Shown here: one piece after another, positions 27,360 through 40,201 of the stretch
Position numbering within the stretch: position 1 is the first letter of the stretch
Layout: each line of letters opens with the position of its first letter
Assembly: GCF_963921235.1 (NCBI RefSeq)
Contig: NC_086107.1
Span: 113,524,001 to 113,588,000, forward strand
Origin: Mobula hypostoma
Taxonomy: Eukaryota
Reading direction: 5' to 3'
DNA: 64,000 bases
Program-made: the position numbers and the translations under genes
Notes under the pieces: generated by a model
Databases searched by the model: none
Told to the model about the DNA's origin: nothing
The model's input: the letters and a program-made list of their open reading frames with translations, nothing else

Positions 27360-28420
27360 TATTCCAGAAGGAGTTCAAACTGGAAAAATGTGAAGTGATT
27401 CACTTTGGAGGTTTGAATTTGAAGGAAGAATAAAGGGTTAAAGGTAAGATCTTTAGCTGTGTGGAGGAACAGAGTGATCTTGGGTCCACGTCTATAGATT
27501 ACTGTACAAGTTGATAGGACGGCTGAAAAGGCATATGATGGGTTGGCCTTCATTGGCCGAGGGACTGAGTTCAAGACTCGTGAGGTAATGTTGGAAGGCC
27601 TCGATAGAGTGGATGTGGAGAGGACGTTTCTATGGTAACTGTGTTGTTCTGCTGAACATTGTGGGCATGCTATGTTGGCGCCAGAATGTGTGACAACACT
27701 TGCACCTGCAGCCGGCACATCTTACGGTTGTATTGGTTGTTAACACAATGCACTTCACTGTATGTTTCCATTAGATCGGAGGACATAAGAGCAGAATTAG
27801 GCCATTTGGCCCATTTCAACATGGCTGACCCCTCAGCCCCAATCCCCTGCCTTCTCCCTGTATCCCCTCATGCCCTGACTAATCAACAATCTATCAACCT
27901 CTGCCATAAATATACCCAATGACTTGGCCTCCATGGCTGCCTGGAGCACCAAATTCCACACTCTGGCTAAAGAAATTCCTCCTTGTCGCTGTTCTAAAAG
28001 GACACCCCTCTATTCTGAGGCTGTGTGCTCTGGCCTTAGACTCCCCCACCCTGGGAAACATCCTCTCCACATCAACTCTGTCCAGGCCTTTCAACATTTG
28101 ATAGGTTTCAATGAGGTCACCCCTCATTCCACTAAATTCCAGTGAACAGAGGCCCACAGCCTTCAGTTGCTGCTCCTATAGTAACCATTTCATTCCCAAA
28201 ATCTTTCTCGTGAACCTCCTCCGAACCCTTTGGCAACGACTACCACAGATTCATCGCTCCCTGGCTGAAGTAATTCTTCCTTATCTCAGGTACCTGAGCA
28301 GCAGAGCAGACTTGATGGATCAAATGGCCGACGTCTTTCATTCCCAGGATCATTCTTGTGAAACCTCTGGACCCTCTCCAGGTCAGCACATCCTTCCTTG
28401 GGTATCGGGCCCAAAATGGC
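27360..28420. mobile_element. Cluster of CR1 fragments in both orientations
   Basis: [19 protein letters not shown] and related remnants. Confidence 0.75.
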
Positions 28421-28632
28421 CAAAGAGGCAGCAGAGGAGAAGCCACAAAGAGAAAGATCTGAGGAACTCTTTGGTTAGGGAGGAGGATGAATGGGGCGGG
28501 ATCACAAGCGGCAGATTTGGTTGGGGGTCTGAGGTGTCATCGGTGGAGGGTGAGGGGTCGCGTGTGATAGCTGGTGGTGTGGGTGAGAACCTACATCATG
28601 TTGCCCTACTGCCTTGAGCATATTGTAATAGG

Positions 28633-29213
28633 TCTGACTGGGTCTGCACGGTGCTGTGCTGGGGTTATGGGATCTGCTGGTGTTAAATCTGCTTTGTTGG
28701 TAATGATGAGGTCTGATGGGACTATTAGAGCTCTGCTGGGGATAATTGTGTTCTGTTGGGATTGATTGAGCTCCATAGATGATGCTGTTGGGGTTGATGA
28801 TGCTCTTGTGCTCTTGCTGGGGTTAATAATACTCTGCTGGGGTTGATGGTGCTCTGTTGGGATTAATGGGATCTGTTGTGGTTGATGAGATCTCCTGGGT
28901 TGGCAGATCTCTGCTGATATTGATGGGATATGCTGGGGTTAATGGTGCTCTGCTGGGATGATGGTGCTCTGCTGGGATGATGGTGCTCTGCTGGGGTTGA
29001 TGAGAAATGCTGGAGTTGATGGGGCTCTGCTGGGGTTTTTTTGTGCTCAGCTTGGATTAATGGACCTCTACTGGGATTAGTGGTGATCTGCTGGGGTTGG
29101 GGGGATCTGATAGGGTTGATGGAATATGTTGCTATTGATAGTTCTCTGCTCAGTTGAATAGTGCTCTGCTGGAGTTGATGGGACCTGCTGGATTCGATGG
29201 TATCTGCTGGGTA
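28633..29213. repeat. Degenerate minisatellite, about 19-bp unit (TCTGCTGGGGTTGATGG(T/G)N), about 30 copies
   Basis: Repeated TCTGCTGGG...TTGATGG blocks visible by eye. Confidence 0.85.
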
Positions 29214-30072
29214 GTGAGTATTTTAAATTATCTTCTGCTCAATAAAAACAGATGAAAAAGCGAGATATAAAGTTTCAGCAGCATAAAAACTGTCATCACT
29301 GGGAGCCTCACTTTCCTCCAGTAAGGCTTTACTGAACTGTGCAAATGTTCTGAGCATATATACAGTATATAGCCAGAGTGCCTAAGACTTTTGCTCAGTA
29401 CTGTAGTAAGTTTATATATCGCACTGTACTGCTGCAAAAAAAACCACCTTTCATGCCATGTGTGAGTGATGATAAACCTGATTCTGACATGGCTCTCTAT
29501 TGTGGACTGAGAGTGGGAAGGGAGCAGGGAGAGGGGAATCATGGTTGGGAAAAGGGGGAGGGAGTGGGAAGCACCGGAGAGACATTCGGTAATGATCAAT
29601 AAGCCAATTGTTTGGAATCAAATGAGCTTGTCTGGTGTCTCTGGGCTGGGTGTGTCTGTACCCTTGCCACCTCCTGCCCCGCAACTCCTTCTCTGCCACC
29701 TGTCCCCATACCCCTCCCATAGCGCCCCACCCTCACCATTCCCAACATCCTTTGCTCCCGCCAGATTTACAAACTCGCTCTCCGTTCCACGTTGACAGGC
29801 ACAGACATATATTTATGTCAGATATTAAATCCTTACTAAAAATAAAGGGCTTCGGATTACTTTCCCCGACTGGGTATGAGGACTAATTTTCACTTAGTCC
29901 AGTGGTTTAACGGGAATGAGCCCTAGAGCAGTGGTAACTTTGTTTCACGGTTTCTGGCAAGGATTCCTCATTTCCATTCCCAATGTACGGAATCTCCCTC
30001 CGCCTGGAAGAGAGCTCTCCACCATTCACATCCCGCCCACAGCCCAGTACATTCCAAATTTAAGTTCCTATT

Positions 30073-30616
30073 GAAACATAGAAACATAGAAAATAGGTGC
30101 AGGAGTAGGCCATTCGGCCCTTCGAGCCTGCACCGCCATTTATTATGATCATGGCTGATCATCCAACTCAGAACCCCGCCCCAGCCTTCCCTCCATACCC
30201 CCTGATCCCCGTAGCCACAAGGGCCATATCTAACTCCCTCTTAAATATAGCCAATGAACTGGCCTCAACTGTTTCCTGTGGCAGAGAATTCCACAGATTC
30301 ACCACTCTCTGTGTGAAGAAGTTTTTCCGAATCTCGGTCCTAAAAGGCTTCCCCTTTATCCTCAAACTGTGACCCCTCGTTCTGGACTTCCCCAACATTG
30401 GGAACAATCTTCATGCATCTAGCCTGTCCAATCCCTTTAGGATTTTATACGTTTCAATCAGATCCCCCCTCAATCTTCTAAATTCCAACGAGTACAAGCC
30501 CAGTTCATCCAGTCTTTCTTCAGGAATCAATCTGGTGAACTTTCTTTGTACTCCCTCTATGGCAAGGATGTCTTTCCTCAGATTAGGGGACCAAAACTGC
30601 ACACAATACTCCAGGC
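30073..30616 (-). mobile_element. CR1 3' fragment, near-identical to the 9359-9915 segment
   Basis: Same sequence and tail, with a 20-bp internal deletion near 30520. Confidence 0.9.
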
Positions 30617-32013
30617 TGAGTAATCGATTTCATGAACATCACTGAAGGATTTAACCCGTCATGTATTCATGATTTAACCCATCGTGTATTCATGTTTCCT
30701 TGTTGGCTTCTCCCCTCCTCTCATCCATAAAACCACAAGACCTAGTAGCAGAATCAGGCCATTCAGCCCATCGCGAATGCTCTGTCATTCCATCATGACT
30801 GACTTATTATCCCTCTCAACCCCATTCCTCTGCCTTATCCCTGTTACCGTTGACACCCTTACCCGTGGCACGGCATAGTAGCATAGTAGTTGACACAATG
30901 ATTTACAGTACAGGAGACACGGGTTCAATACCCGCCGTTGCCTGTAAGGAGTTTGTACGTTCTCCCCGTGACCATGTGGTTTTCCTCTGGGTGCTCCCGT
31001 TTCCTCCCAAGGTCCAAAGATGCACTGGTTGGTTGGTGAATTGGTCATTGTAAATTGTCCTGTGATCAGGCTAGGGTTAAATCAGGGGATTACTGGGCGG
31101 TGTGGCTCGAAGGGCTGGCAGGGCCTGTTCTGCACTGTATCTCAATAAATAAATAAATAAGATTAAGAACCTATCAAACTCTTCTTTAAACATACAGAAT
31201 GTCTTGGCCTCCACAGCCATCTGAGGCAATGAATTGCACAGATTCACCACCCTCTGATGAAAGAAATTCCTCCTCATCTCTGTCCTAATGGGACGTTCCT
31301 CTACTCTGAGACTGTCCCTCTGGTCCTATGTCCATCCACTTCACGGTTCCATGTGTCGTGCGTTCAGAGATGCTCTTCTGCACACCACTGTTGTAACAAG
31401 TGGTTATTTGAGTTACTGTCACCTTCCTGTCAGCTTGACCCAGTTTGGCCATTCTCCTCTGACCTCTCTCATTACCAAGGCAGTTTATGCCCACATAACT
31501 GCCGCTCACCGGATTTTTGTGTTTCTCGCACCATTCTCTGTAAACTCTAGAGACCGTTGTATGTGAAAATTCCGGGAATTTTCTGAGATGCTCAAACCAC
31601 CCCGTCTGGCACCAACAATCATTCTACGGTCAACGTCACCTTGATCACATTTCTTCCCCCCTTCTGATGTTTGGTCTGAACACCAAGTGAACCTCTTGAC
31701 CATGTCTGCATGCTTTTATGCATTGAGTTGCTGCCACATGATTGGCTGATTAGATATCTGCATTAACAGACAGGTGTACCTAATAAAGTGGCTACTGAGT
31801 GTGTGCGTCACCACATACTACCTTGAGGTGTGATTTCTTGCAAGTATTTACAAGAAAATAAAGAAATACAATAGAATTTATGTAAAACTGTGTGTCTCGC
31901 CACAGTTCAAGCAAGAGTCCTGAGGGAACCTACCAGGTTGGAAAACACGAGTAGAAGAAGAGAGGTTATGCTTGTGGGTTACCAGTACTAAACGGCAGCT
32001 TATTTTCAAGTGA

Positions 32014-32019
32014 TTTATT
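32014..32019 (-). promoter_or_regulatory. Candidate distal poly(A) signal of CSF2RB (3' UTR about 3.6 kb)
   Basis: Minus-strand AATAAA at the end of a unique AU-rich stretch (about 32000-32250) that looks like a 3' UTR end. Confidence 0.4.
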
Positions 32020-35000
32020 GGAGCATTGTACAAAATCTGTGACATTCTTCAGGTACTATCTTTACAACTTGTAAAACACAAACTGAATTTGTTAATATTT
32101 ATAACATACATCAAACTTTACTGTCTATTAAAATTACATTTTCAAATATAGATATTGCTGTATGAAACTGACAAATTAGCAATAATTAACCATTCTCAGA
32201 ATTACAAGAATAAATTTTGTTCCCACAAGTTTTCAATAATTTGTCATTCAAGCCCAGAGCTACGAGTATGTGGGTTAGTTGTACTCAGAGACAAAGAACA
32301 CTTCAAAGAGACGTAGAACACTTCAGCACAGAAACAGACACGTCGGCCCATCCAGCCCACGCTGGACTGTTAACCCACCTACTCCCGTTGACCTGCACTG
32401 ACACCATAGCCCTACTCACTCAAAATTCTCTCAAATATTGAAATCAAACCCACATCCACCACTTGCGCCAGCTGCTCGTTCCACACTCTCACCACCCTCT
32501 GAGTGAAACAGTTCCCCCTCGGGTCCTCTGAGACACTTCACCTTGCACCTTTAACCTATGACCTCCAGATCTGGTCTCACCCCAACCTTAGCATGGAAAA
32601 AGGCCTATTTGCATTTACCCAATCTATACCTTTCGTAAATGTGTATACTTCTGTCAAATCTCCACACATCCTCCTACGCTCCAGGGAATAAAGTCCGAAT
32701 TGAAAATTATGGCGAGGTTCAGGAAAAAATGGAAAACAGAACAAGGCAATAAGTTTTGAGGCTTTGTTACTTGAGGCAGAGTAGAGCATATTTGGAGTAC
32801 TGGTCATCCCACTATAGGAAGGGTGTGGAGACCTCGGAGAGTGTGCTAACGAGGTTTACCAGGATGTTGCCTGGATTAGACAGTTAAAGCTACAAGGAGA
32901 GGGTAGACAGACTCTGAACTGAGGAATGGTCTGCGAGATTAAAGACAATCTCTTTGTTATTTCCATCTGCCTGTCACCCCTCCTCACTTGGGTCAACCTA
33001 TTGCTTGCTGGTTCTTGCTCCACTCCTTCCCCTCACCTCTCGACAATTTTAAAAGATTAGCTTTATTTGTTACATGTACGTACATCGAAACAGCGAAGTG
33101 CTTCACATCATAAGCATGGGAAAGTCTGCAGAGGATGGAAATCCAGAGCAGCACAGACAAAATGCTGGAAGAACACAGCAGGTCAGGCAGCATCTACGGA
33201 AACGAAGAGATCGTCAATGTTTCGGGCCAAGGCCCTGCTTCAGGAATGGAAAGGAAGGGAGAAGATGCCCCAGTAAAAATGTAGGGAGAGGAGAAGGCGG
33301 CTGGCTGGAAGGCGACAGGTGAAGCCAGGTGGGTGGGAAAGGTAAAGGGCTGGAGAAGAAGGAATCTGATAGGAGAGGAGAGTGGATCACTGGAGAAAGG
33401 GAAGGAGGAGGTGATAGGCGAGTGAGAAGTGGTAGGAGGCCAGAGTGAGGAGTAGGAGAGGGGAGGGAGAGAGAAATTGCCTGAGGCTGTGCCAGAGGGC
33501 AACACACAAGTCCATGCTTCCGGTGCCAAAATATCATATTCACAACTTATTAAACCTAGCCCTTCCTTCTTCGGAATGTAGGAAGAAACTGTAGCACCTG
33601 GAAGAGACCTGCGGAGTCGCGGGGAAAACATACAAAGCCCTTACAGACATGTTGGGAATTGAACAGCAAACCCCCTGGGTAGAATTTTAAATAGAGCAGG
33701 CATATTTCCCCTGATGAAAATATCAAATACTAGAGGTAATAGCTTATGTGGAAGGGGAAAAGTTTAAGGAAGATGTGTGGGACACGTTTTCTTTTAGAGA
33801 GTGTTGGCTGCTTCAAATCCAGGAGGGATTGTTGGAATTGGTTGTTTTTATGCTTTAGTAAGGTGTAAGTTGAATTAATGATTTGTTAGCAATTCTAGTT
33901 TACTCGAAGTTCTTAACTTGTATATTTTCACAATATGTAGTTTTGCCTCCCTCTACTGGTGGCAAAGCAGTACAGCAGTCACATAACAATTTATCACCTT
34001 TTCATTTTCCATTGGCCAAGTGTTAGCATACAACTGACTGTGTATCTTTTAATTGGCCCTTTGTTCATCTCAGGAATTTGCCGTAGCTCAGTATACAAGT
34101 GGCAGTCTGCAAAAATTGGCATCTTATCTTTGTCTTTGCCTTAGGCTTTGTCTCTTCAGTCTCATGTTCTGTTCCTGGTTTTTGTTTAAACTATAAAATA
34201 GGTGACCGTGAAGCAACAAGTTTTCACTCATTCTTGAACTCTTAAAAGAACCTGGAACCCGGGGACGAAAAATTACCAGAACCCACAGGCGGTAGCAGGG
34301 TACGGTGAGACAGTTATAAGGCTTTTTGACTGGCACATCGGGTGGCATAGTGCCTCACAGTACCAGCAACCCGAATTCAATTCCCACCGCTGCCTGTAAG
34401 CAGTTTGTACGTTCTCCCCGTGACCGCATGGGTTTCCTTCGGGTGCTCCGGTTTCCTCCCACAGTCCAAAGACCTACTGGTTGGTAGGTTAATTGTAAAT
34501 TGTCCTGTGATTAGGATATGATTAGATCAGGGCGTTGCTGGGCAGCATGGCTCGAGGGGCAAAAGAGCCTATTCTGCACTGAGCCTCAACAAAAATGAAA
34601 TGTGCAGGGAATGGAGGGATAGGGATCTTCTGCAAGCAAAGGGGTTTAGTTTAATTAGAAGTTGTAGACCTTTCCTGTGTTGTACTGATCTGCATTCTAT
34701 CGTCACCCCAGCAGTGATCTCATCATCACTGAGACCAGAGCAATGGGCCCGTAACCTGGTTACCACACTGGGACCAGACCATACCTCTCTGAGGCCTTAT
34801 CTACACTGCACCCTCGAGAGTGGTAACGCTCTCAACCATCGCACGGACTGATGAAAAGTTCAGATTCAGATTTATAGCTTGCGCGTACAGTGAAGCGCGC
34901 CTTTTGTGTTAATGACCAGCACACCTAAGGATGCGTTTGGGGCAGCCCGTAAGCACCGCCACACATTCAAACGCCGGCGTCGCTGGCCCACAATACTCGG

Positions 35001-35458
35001 CAGAACAACAGCACCAAAACCAAATGAGACGACAACCGCAAAACAAGACATTTCCCCCCCTCCCACACCCCCCCCTCCACCCACCCATTCACTCAAACTG
35101 GCAGGCCTTCAGCTCCAGGACAAGCCGTATCTGGGCCCCTAGTCCTTTGCCCCCGAATCTCAGACTTGCAGGCATCAAGCCCCCAACTTTGGACTTCACC
35201 CCAGGACTTATCAATCACAAGTTTGACCTCTGGGTCTCGACTTCTGGACTCGCACGGACCACCGACCCCATTGACCTGGGTGGGTCACACCCTCGTGAGT
35301 CCGGGCTACACCCAGGACTCGACACTTGGGCCCTGCGGCCTGAGACCAACTTTCACTGACCTGGTCTCCTCAGCGCTGGCCAACTCAACCTCCGGGTTCG
35401 CTGATGTTCGGCCGCAGAGCACCCCATCCTGACCTCCAATTCCTGCCTAGAATCATTA

Positions 35459-35464
35459 TTTATT
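35459..35464 (-). promoter_or_regulatory. Candidate proximal poly(A) signal of CSF2RB
   Basis: AATAAA on the minus strand about 130 nt after the stop codon. Confidence 0.35.
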
Positions 35465-35593
35465 GCCCTTGACCGTTATCGAACCCCATCCCTGTTCCTA
35501 AAATCCTAACCCCAAAACCATTTGAGTTCAAACTTGAGAGAGGGGCTAGTTAACAAGCTTCACACACAGTCGCCCCTCTCGTGGCTCACTGAA

Positions 35594-36869
35594 CTATTTA
35601 ATTAAGGTTGCACAGTTGACTGTGTGATCAGGAATACGAGGGAGCTCTGACAGGGTTGACAGCATCTGCTGGGGTTGATGGGATCTGCTGGGGTTGATGA
35701 GGTGACACTTTCCTCCGGAAGTCCCAACATCCGTTGGCACGTTTCTGGTTTGTGGGAGATGGTGGGAAGTTGACTTTTGTGATTCCATTGGTCTTGGAAG
35801 GAAGCAATAATCTCCGATTTGTTGGAAGTGAATGGGTTTGGCTCCTTGCTGGTAAAGAATGACCTCTGGGGTCTCACTGTTCTCCGTGTCGGTGAGAGGG
35901 GGCTGCCCTTGCTCCTTGCCCAGCAGCTTCTGACAGTCCATTTGGTGCTTGGGCAAGGAATGTCCTTCTGGAGAGTGGCTGATATCCATAGTTTGAGTCG
36001 AAGGGTGGTACCCCAGCCCCAGGTGAGAATCAGCCAGGAGGCTTTGGACTTTGAGCTCGGTGGCTGTGGGGAGTGTGGGGGCCATTTTCACGTGACTCTC
36101 TTCCCCCGGAGGACTCAGCACGTAGCCACTACAAGTTGCTGGCCAGGGTGCGGCCGTGGGATGGTCCTGTGAGGCCAGGCTTGCGTCCTGGGTGCTTTTA
36201 CCCTCCCACGTTGAATCCTTGCACTCTGGCCCATGACTGGACGAGGTGACCTGCAGGCTGGCCGCGCCTGAAACTGGCCGGGAGACGCCCGTGCCTTTCA
36301 CCTGAAGGTCACTGGCGGCAGCGTCCAGCACAGGCGCGCGGGCAGAGTCGGCGGGCGAGGAAAACGTGACGTAGCTGGAACCGGAGTCGTGCGGCGGCTG
36401 GACTGGTTTCTCACCGGACAGTGCCCCCGCGTCCGTGTGGAGATAATAACCTGGCGCCTTTGACACCGCGGGAGGATTCAGGACGTAAGCATTGGAAGGC
36501 ACAGACGGGGTCGGCTTGGCACCACTCTGATCTGTTGCTGCTGCCCCTTCCGAGGGGAGCTTCACGTAGCCGGGAGCGTCCGGCCCTCGCCTGAAATAGT
36601 TCGCATTTTTGCTGGTCGCTGTCTTTATTTCCGTAAGAACGGTCAGGAAGGAAGAAATATCTTGACAATTGAACAAATAGGGGCCATTGTAGTTTGCTGG
36701 CTCACTCTGTGACACCTGGGGCTCAGGGTAGTCTGCTCCAGTAGTCAAAGATGTTCCCGTCTCTGGTGATAAACCCCGGTACCCTTCCTCTTGCTTGCCG
36801 CTCCGGCTTATCACGGGGGAAGAAGAATGGTCCTGTTTCTCCTCCTTCGCGGGGTATTCAGCTTTTATC
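35594..36869 (-). CDS. CSF2RB: CSF2RB-like last coding exon, about 424 aa cytoplasmic tail
   Basis: Acceptor attgttctgcag, phase 2, inside ORF 35594..37045. Carries beta-c hallmark motifs NGPYL, GYVKLP and QQIGDYCFLP. Confidence 0.95.
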
Positions 36870-37954
36870 CTGCAGAACAATAGGGTAGAAAACTTAGTAA
36901 ATCTTTGCCACAAGTTGCCAATAATTCTGATATCTACAATTTTGTCTCTCCTGCTCGGTAACGTTATTGCAGATTGTTGGTGAGGACGCATTGTGTTCAG
37001 ATTTGATCTCTCTGCTGTAGGGAAGATGCCACCAAGCTGGAACAAGAGTTCAGAGGAGATTTTTACAAGGATGTTGTCAGGCCCAGGGGGACTGAGTTAT
37101 GGACAAAGGCTGAGCATATTTGGACTTTTTGTGCTGGAGCCTGGGAGAATAAGGGTGATCTAATGGAGGTATAATAAGACCACAAAGGGGGCAAAGCTAG
37201 GCTGAACGCACACAGTCTTTTTCTCAGGGTTGGAGAATCAAGAACTAGACTCTGTGGCCACTTTATTGGTTACACCGGTACACCAGCTCGTTAATGCAAA
37301 TATTTAATCAGCCAATCATGTGGCAGCAACTCAATGCATAAAAACATGCAGGCTTGGTCAAGAGGTTCAGTTGTTGTTCAAATCAAGCATCAGAATGGGG
37401 AAGAAATATGACTTTGACTGTGGGATGATTGTTGGTGCCAGATGAGGTGGTTTGAGTATCTCAGAAACTGCTGATCTCCTGGGATTTTCACACACAACAG
37501 TCTCTAGAGTTCACAGAGAATGGTGCGAGAAACAAAAATAACAGCCAGTGAGCGGCAGTTCTGTGGGTGAAAATGCCTTGTTAATGAGAGAGGTCAGAGG
37601 AGAATGGCCAGAGTGGTTCAAGCTGACAGGAAGGTGACAGTAACTCAAATAACCACACGTTACAACAGTGGTGGGCAGAAGAGCATCTCTGAATGCACAA
37701 CACATCAAACCTTGAAGTGGATGGGCTACAGCAGCAGAAGACCAGGAACATACACTCAGTGGCCACTTTATTAGGCCCAGGACGTACCTTTGAGTGTAGG
37801 CTGAGGACGGGGGTGGGGGGGGGGTCGGGTGGCAAATTTAATAGAAACCTGAGGGACACTTTTATCTCCTAGGGAGTGGTCATTACATGGAATGAACTTC
37901 CAGAAGTGTTTGAGACAGGTACATTAACACCATTTAAAAGGTACTTGGACAGGT

Positions 37955-38225
37955 CCCAGTCCTCCAGACTCAAGGGGTTCAACTCAGGGTTAGCAACCCT
38001 GACTGGCCAAACAAAACTGTTGCTGAAACAGCGATGAAGAACTTTTCTCCATCTGGCTGCACTGAAGGGTGGAGGAAACATGGCAGACCAAAGACAACTT
38101 GGCGCCGTACAGTAGAGACAGAAATGAGGACCCTGAGCCACACCCGGGACATGATAGAGGAGGTGGCCAAGGACAGACAGAGATGGACGACCTTCATTGC
38201 TGCCCTAAACGACAGTGGGGTAAGG
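37955..38225 (+). mobile_element. RTE-clade LINE remnant
   Basis: GRPKTTWRRTVE...AKDRQRW, typical of the RTE ORF C-terminus. Confidence 0.75.
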
Positions 38226-38446
38226 GACAGACCACTGGCCAGGTACATAGACAGGAAAGGTAGAGAGCTCAGGTTCCCAATCCTTTACTTAATGCTATTG
38301 GCCCAGGGTACAAAAAAGTTTGGGAACCCCTGGAAGTACATTTTTCGAAAATTTTCCCTTTAGTGGAGCTCTGGTACAAAGTTTAAAACAACATGGCGGG
38401 CGTTGTCTGCCCGCTACACGGAACCTGGAGTGAATCAGGGACCTAC

Positions 38447-38559
38447 CTTGGGATAACCTGAGTAGAGACAGTGGTCGATTCCGCGGCCACCAGTTTGCAG
38501 ATGCTGCCTTCTTCCAAAGTCACCGGCTCTATGGCTGCCGGAGGTCTCAATGGGCTTGG
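38447..38559 (-). CDS. CSF2RB: CSF2RB-like penultimate exon (PSPLRPPAAIEPVTLEEGSICKLVAAESTTVSTQVIPR)
   Basis: Strong acceptor cctttccctttcag and donor gtaggt; 113 nt, phase 0 to 2, exactly bridging the Box1 exon and the last exon. Non-repetitive sequence. Confidence 0.8.
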
Positions 38560-38584
38560 CTGAAAGGGAAAGGATTAGACAGAT

Positions 38585-39180
38585 GTTATCAGGCTGGTTA
38601 AAGTTGTCTTACCTGGAGGAGGTAGTGGGGATAAGCTCCCACTACCTATTAAATGCTCCCAATCGTGTGTATCTCAAACAGCCTCTGACAACCGAGTCCA
38701 GCTCCTGGCCTTCACGTGTGGCTTAGAACTGTTTCTACTGACAGGAGAAGGGGCAAAGACGGGTTACTGGTGCCTCAAAGCCAGTCACTTCGGGCAGATA
38801 GGGCTCGTCAGCCGTGGTTGGCAGCTCGTCTGGCAGAAGGAAAACGCTGATCTCAAGCCTCCTTTCCTTTGCGCCTATACCCACTCATGGGGACGGCTTT
38901 GGGAGTAAACATCAAGGAAAAATACAGAGCTAGAATCGCTAAGGCAGCCTTATGTTGAATTCAGTGCTGACCAGTAACTCCTGCAACACTGCTGGTGCCA
39001 AACTGTATCGGTCTCTGCCGTTCCTTTGGGTTCATCAGATACGTGGAGATGGGGAGCTTGCTGCATGGGCGCCAGCTTGCTCTCCGTATCGTACCGCGCT
39101 TGCTTGTGTTTCATCTGGACAGCTAGGATGCAACATCCACGGTCAACCACGGCCAATGGAGGGCCACTAACAGGCTGCAC
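38585..39180 (+). mobile_element. RTE-type 5'-UTR-like repeat; partial minus-strand copy at 57945-58125
   Basis: Two homologous copies; GAAGGAAAAC motif and a structured 5' region. Confidence 0.5.
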
Positions 39181-40201
39181 TGAGGCACAGCTGCGTGTTC
39201 CAAGAAGTGTGGGGTGGGCCGGGCAGGCGACCTCCTGATCAGTATGTTCCTGAACCTGGACACCTTCAAAGTTCAAAGTAAATTTATTATTAAAGTACAT
39301 GTGTGTGTCACCATATCCTGCTCTGAGATTCATTTTCTTGCAGGCATTCACAGTATAACAGAGAGATACAATAGCATCAATGAAAGACTACACACAAATG
39401 AAGGCCGACAAGCAAATAATATGAAATAGAATACAAAAAAGACCAATGGTGGAAGCACAAGACAAACAAATAACTAATACTGAGAACGTGAGTTGTAAAG
39501 TCCTTGAAAGTGAATCTATAGGTAGCGGAATCAGTTCAGTGTTGAGATGAGTGAGTGAAGTTATCCACACCGGTTCAGGAGCCTGATGGTTGAGGGGTGG
39601 TGACTGTTCCTGAATCTGGTGGTGGTGCGGGGTCCTTGATGATGGACGCTGCTTTCCTGCGACAGCGCTCCACGCAGATGTGCTCAACTGGCGGGGAAGC
39701 CTTTGCCGCGATGGAGTGAGCTGTGTCCACCACTCTTTGTTGGCTTGCCCGCTCACGGGTACGGACAGTGGGCAGTTGGGGGCTCTGCCTGAGCCAGCTG
39801 CTTGTCTCTCTCTCCTGGGCATCCATCCATGCTGGCCTGTCCCCGGAGAGGGAGCACACATTGTCCATGGGTACGAAGGGGGCCTTCTGATGGTTGCTAC
39901 AGGTGTACAAATGTATTCAAGGCTGAGTGTTTTATAGTTCGTAAGTCGTGTGAATTGTGTAGTATTTATTTATCTTACTTTCAGATACAGAACAGGCCCT
40001 TTGGCTCTTCGACTCACGCCGCTAGTAACTCACTGATTTAACTCTAACCTAACCACAGGACAATTTAACAATGACCAAATTACCTACTAACTGGTACATC
40101 TCATGACTAAACACAAAATAATCTGCAGATGCTGTTGTCAAAGGAACACTCACAATGCGCTGGAGGAACTCAGCAGGTCAGTCAGCATCAGTTGAAAAGA
40201 T

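Noticed and set aside
28633..29213. CRISPR-like array
   Set aside because: Contiguous degenerate tandem units with no unique spacers and no cas genes, in a eukaryotic context.
1..32000. Expected syntenic neighbours such as TEX33, TST or MPST
   Set aside because: I found no peptide motifs of these genes in the ORF track or in my manual translations of unique segments.
36870..37045. N-terminal 58 aa of the 483-aa ORF as a single-exon gene
   Set aside because: It lies upstream of the splice acceptor at 36870-36871 and is intronic read-through; the real frame is joined from the exon at 38447.
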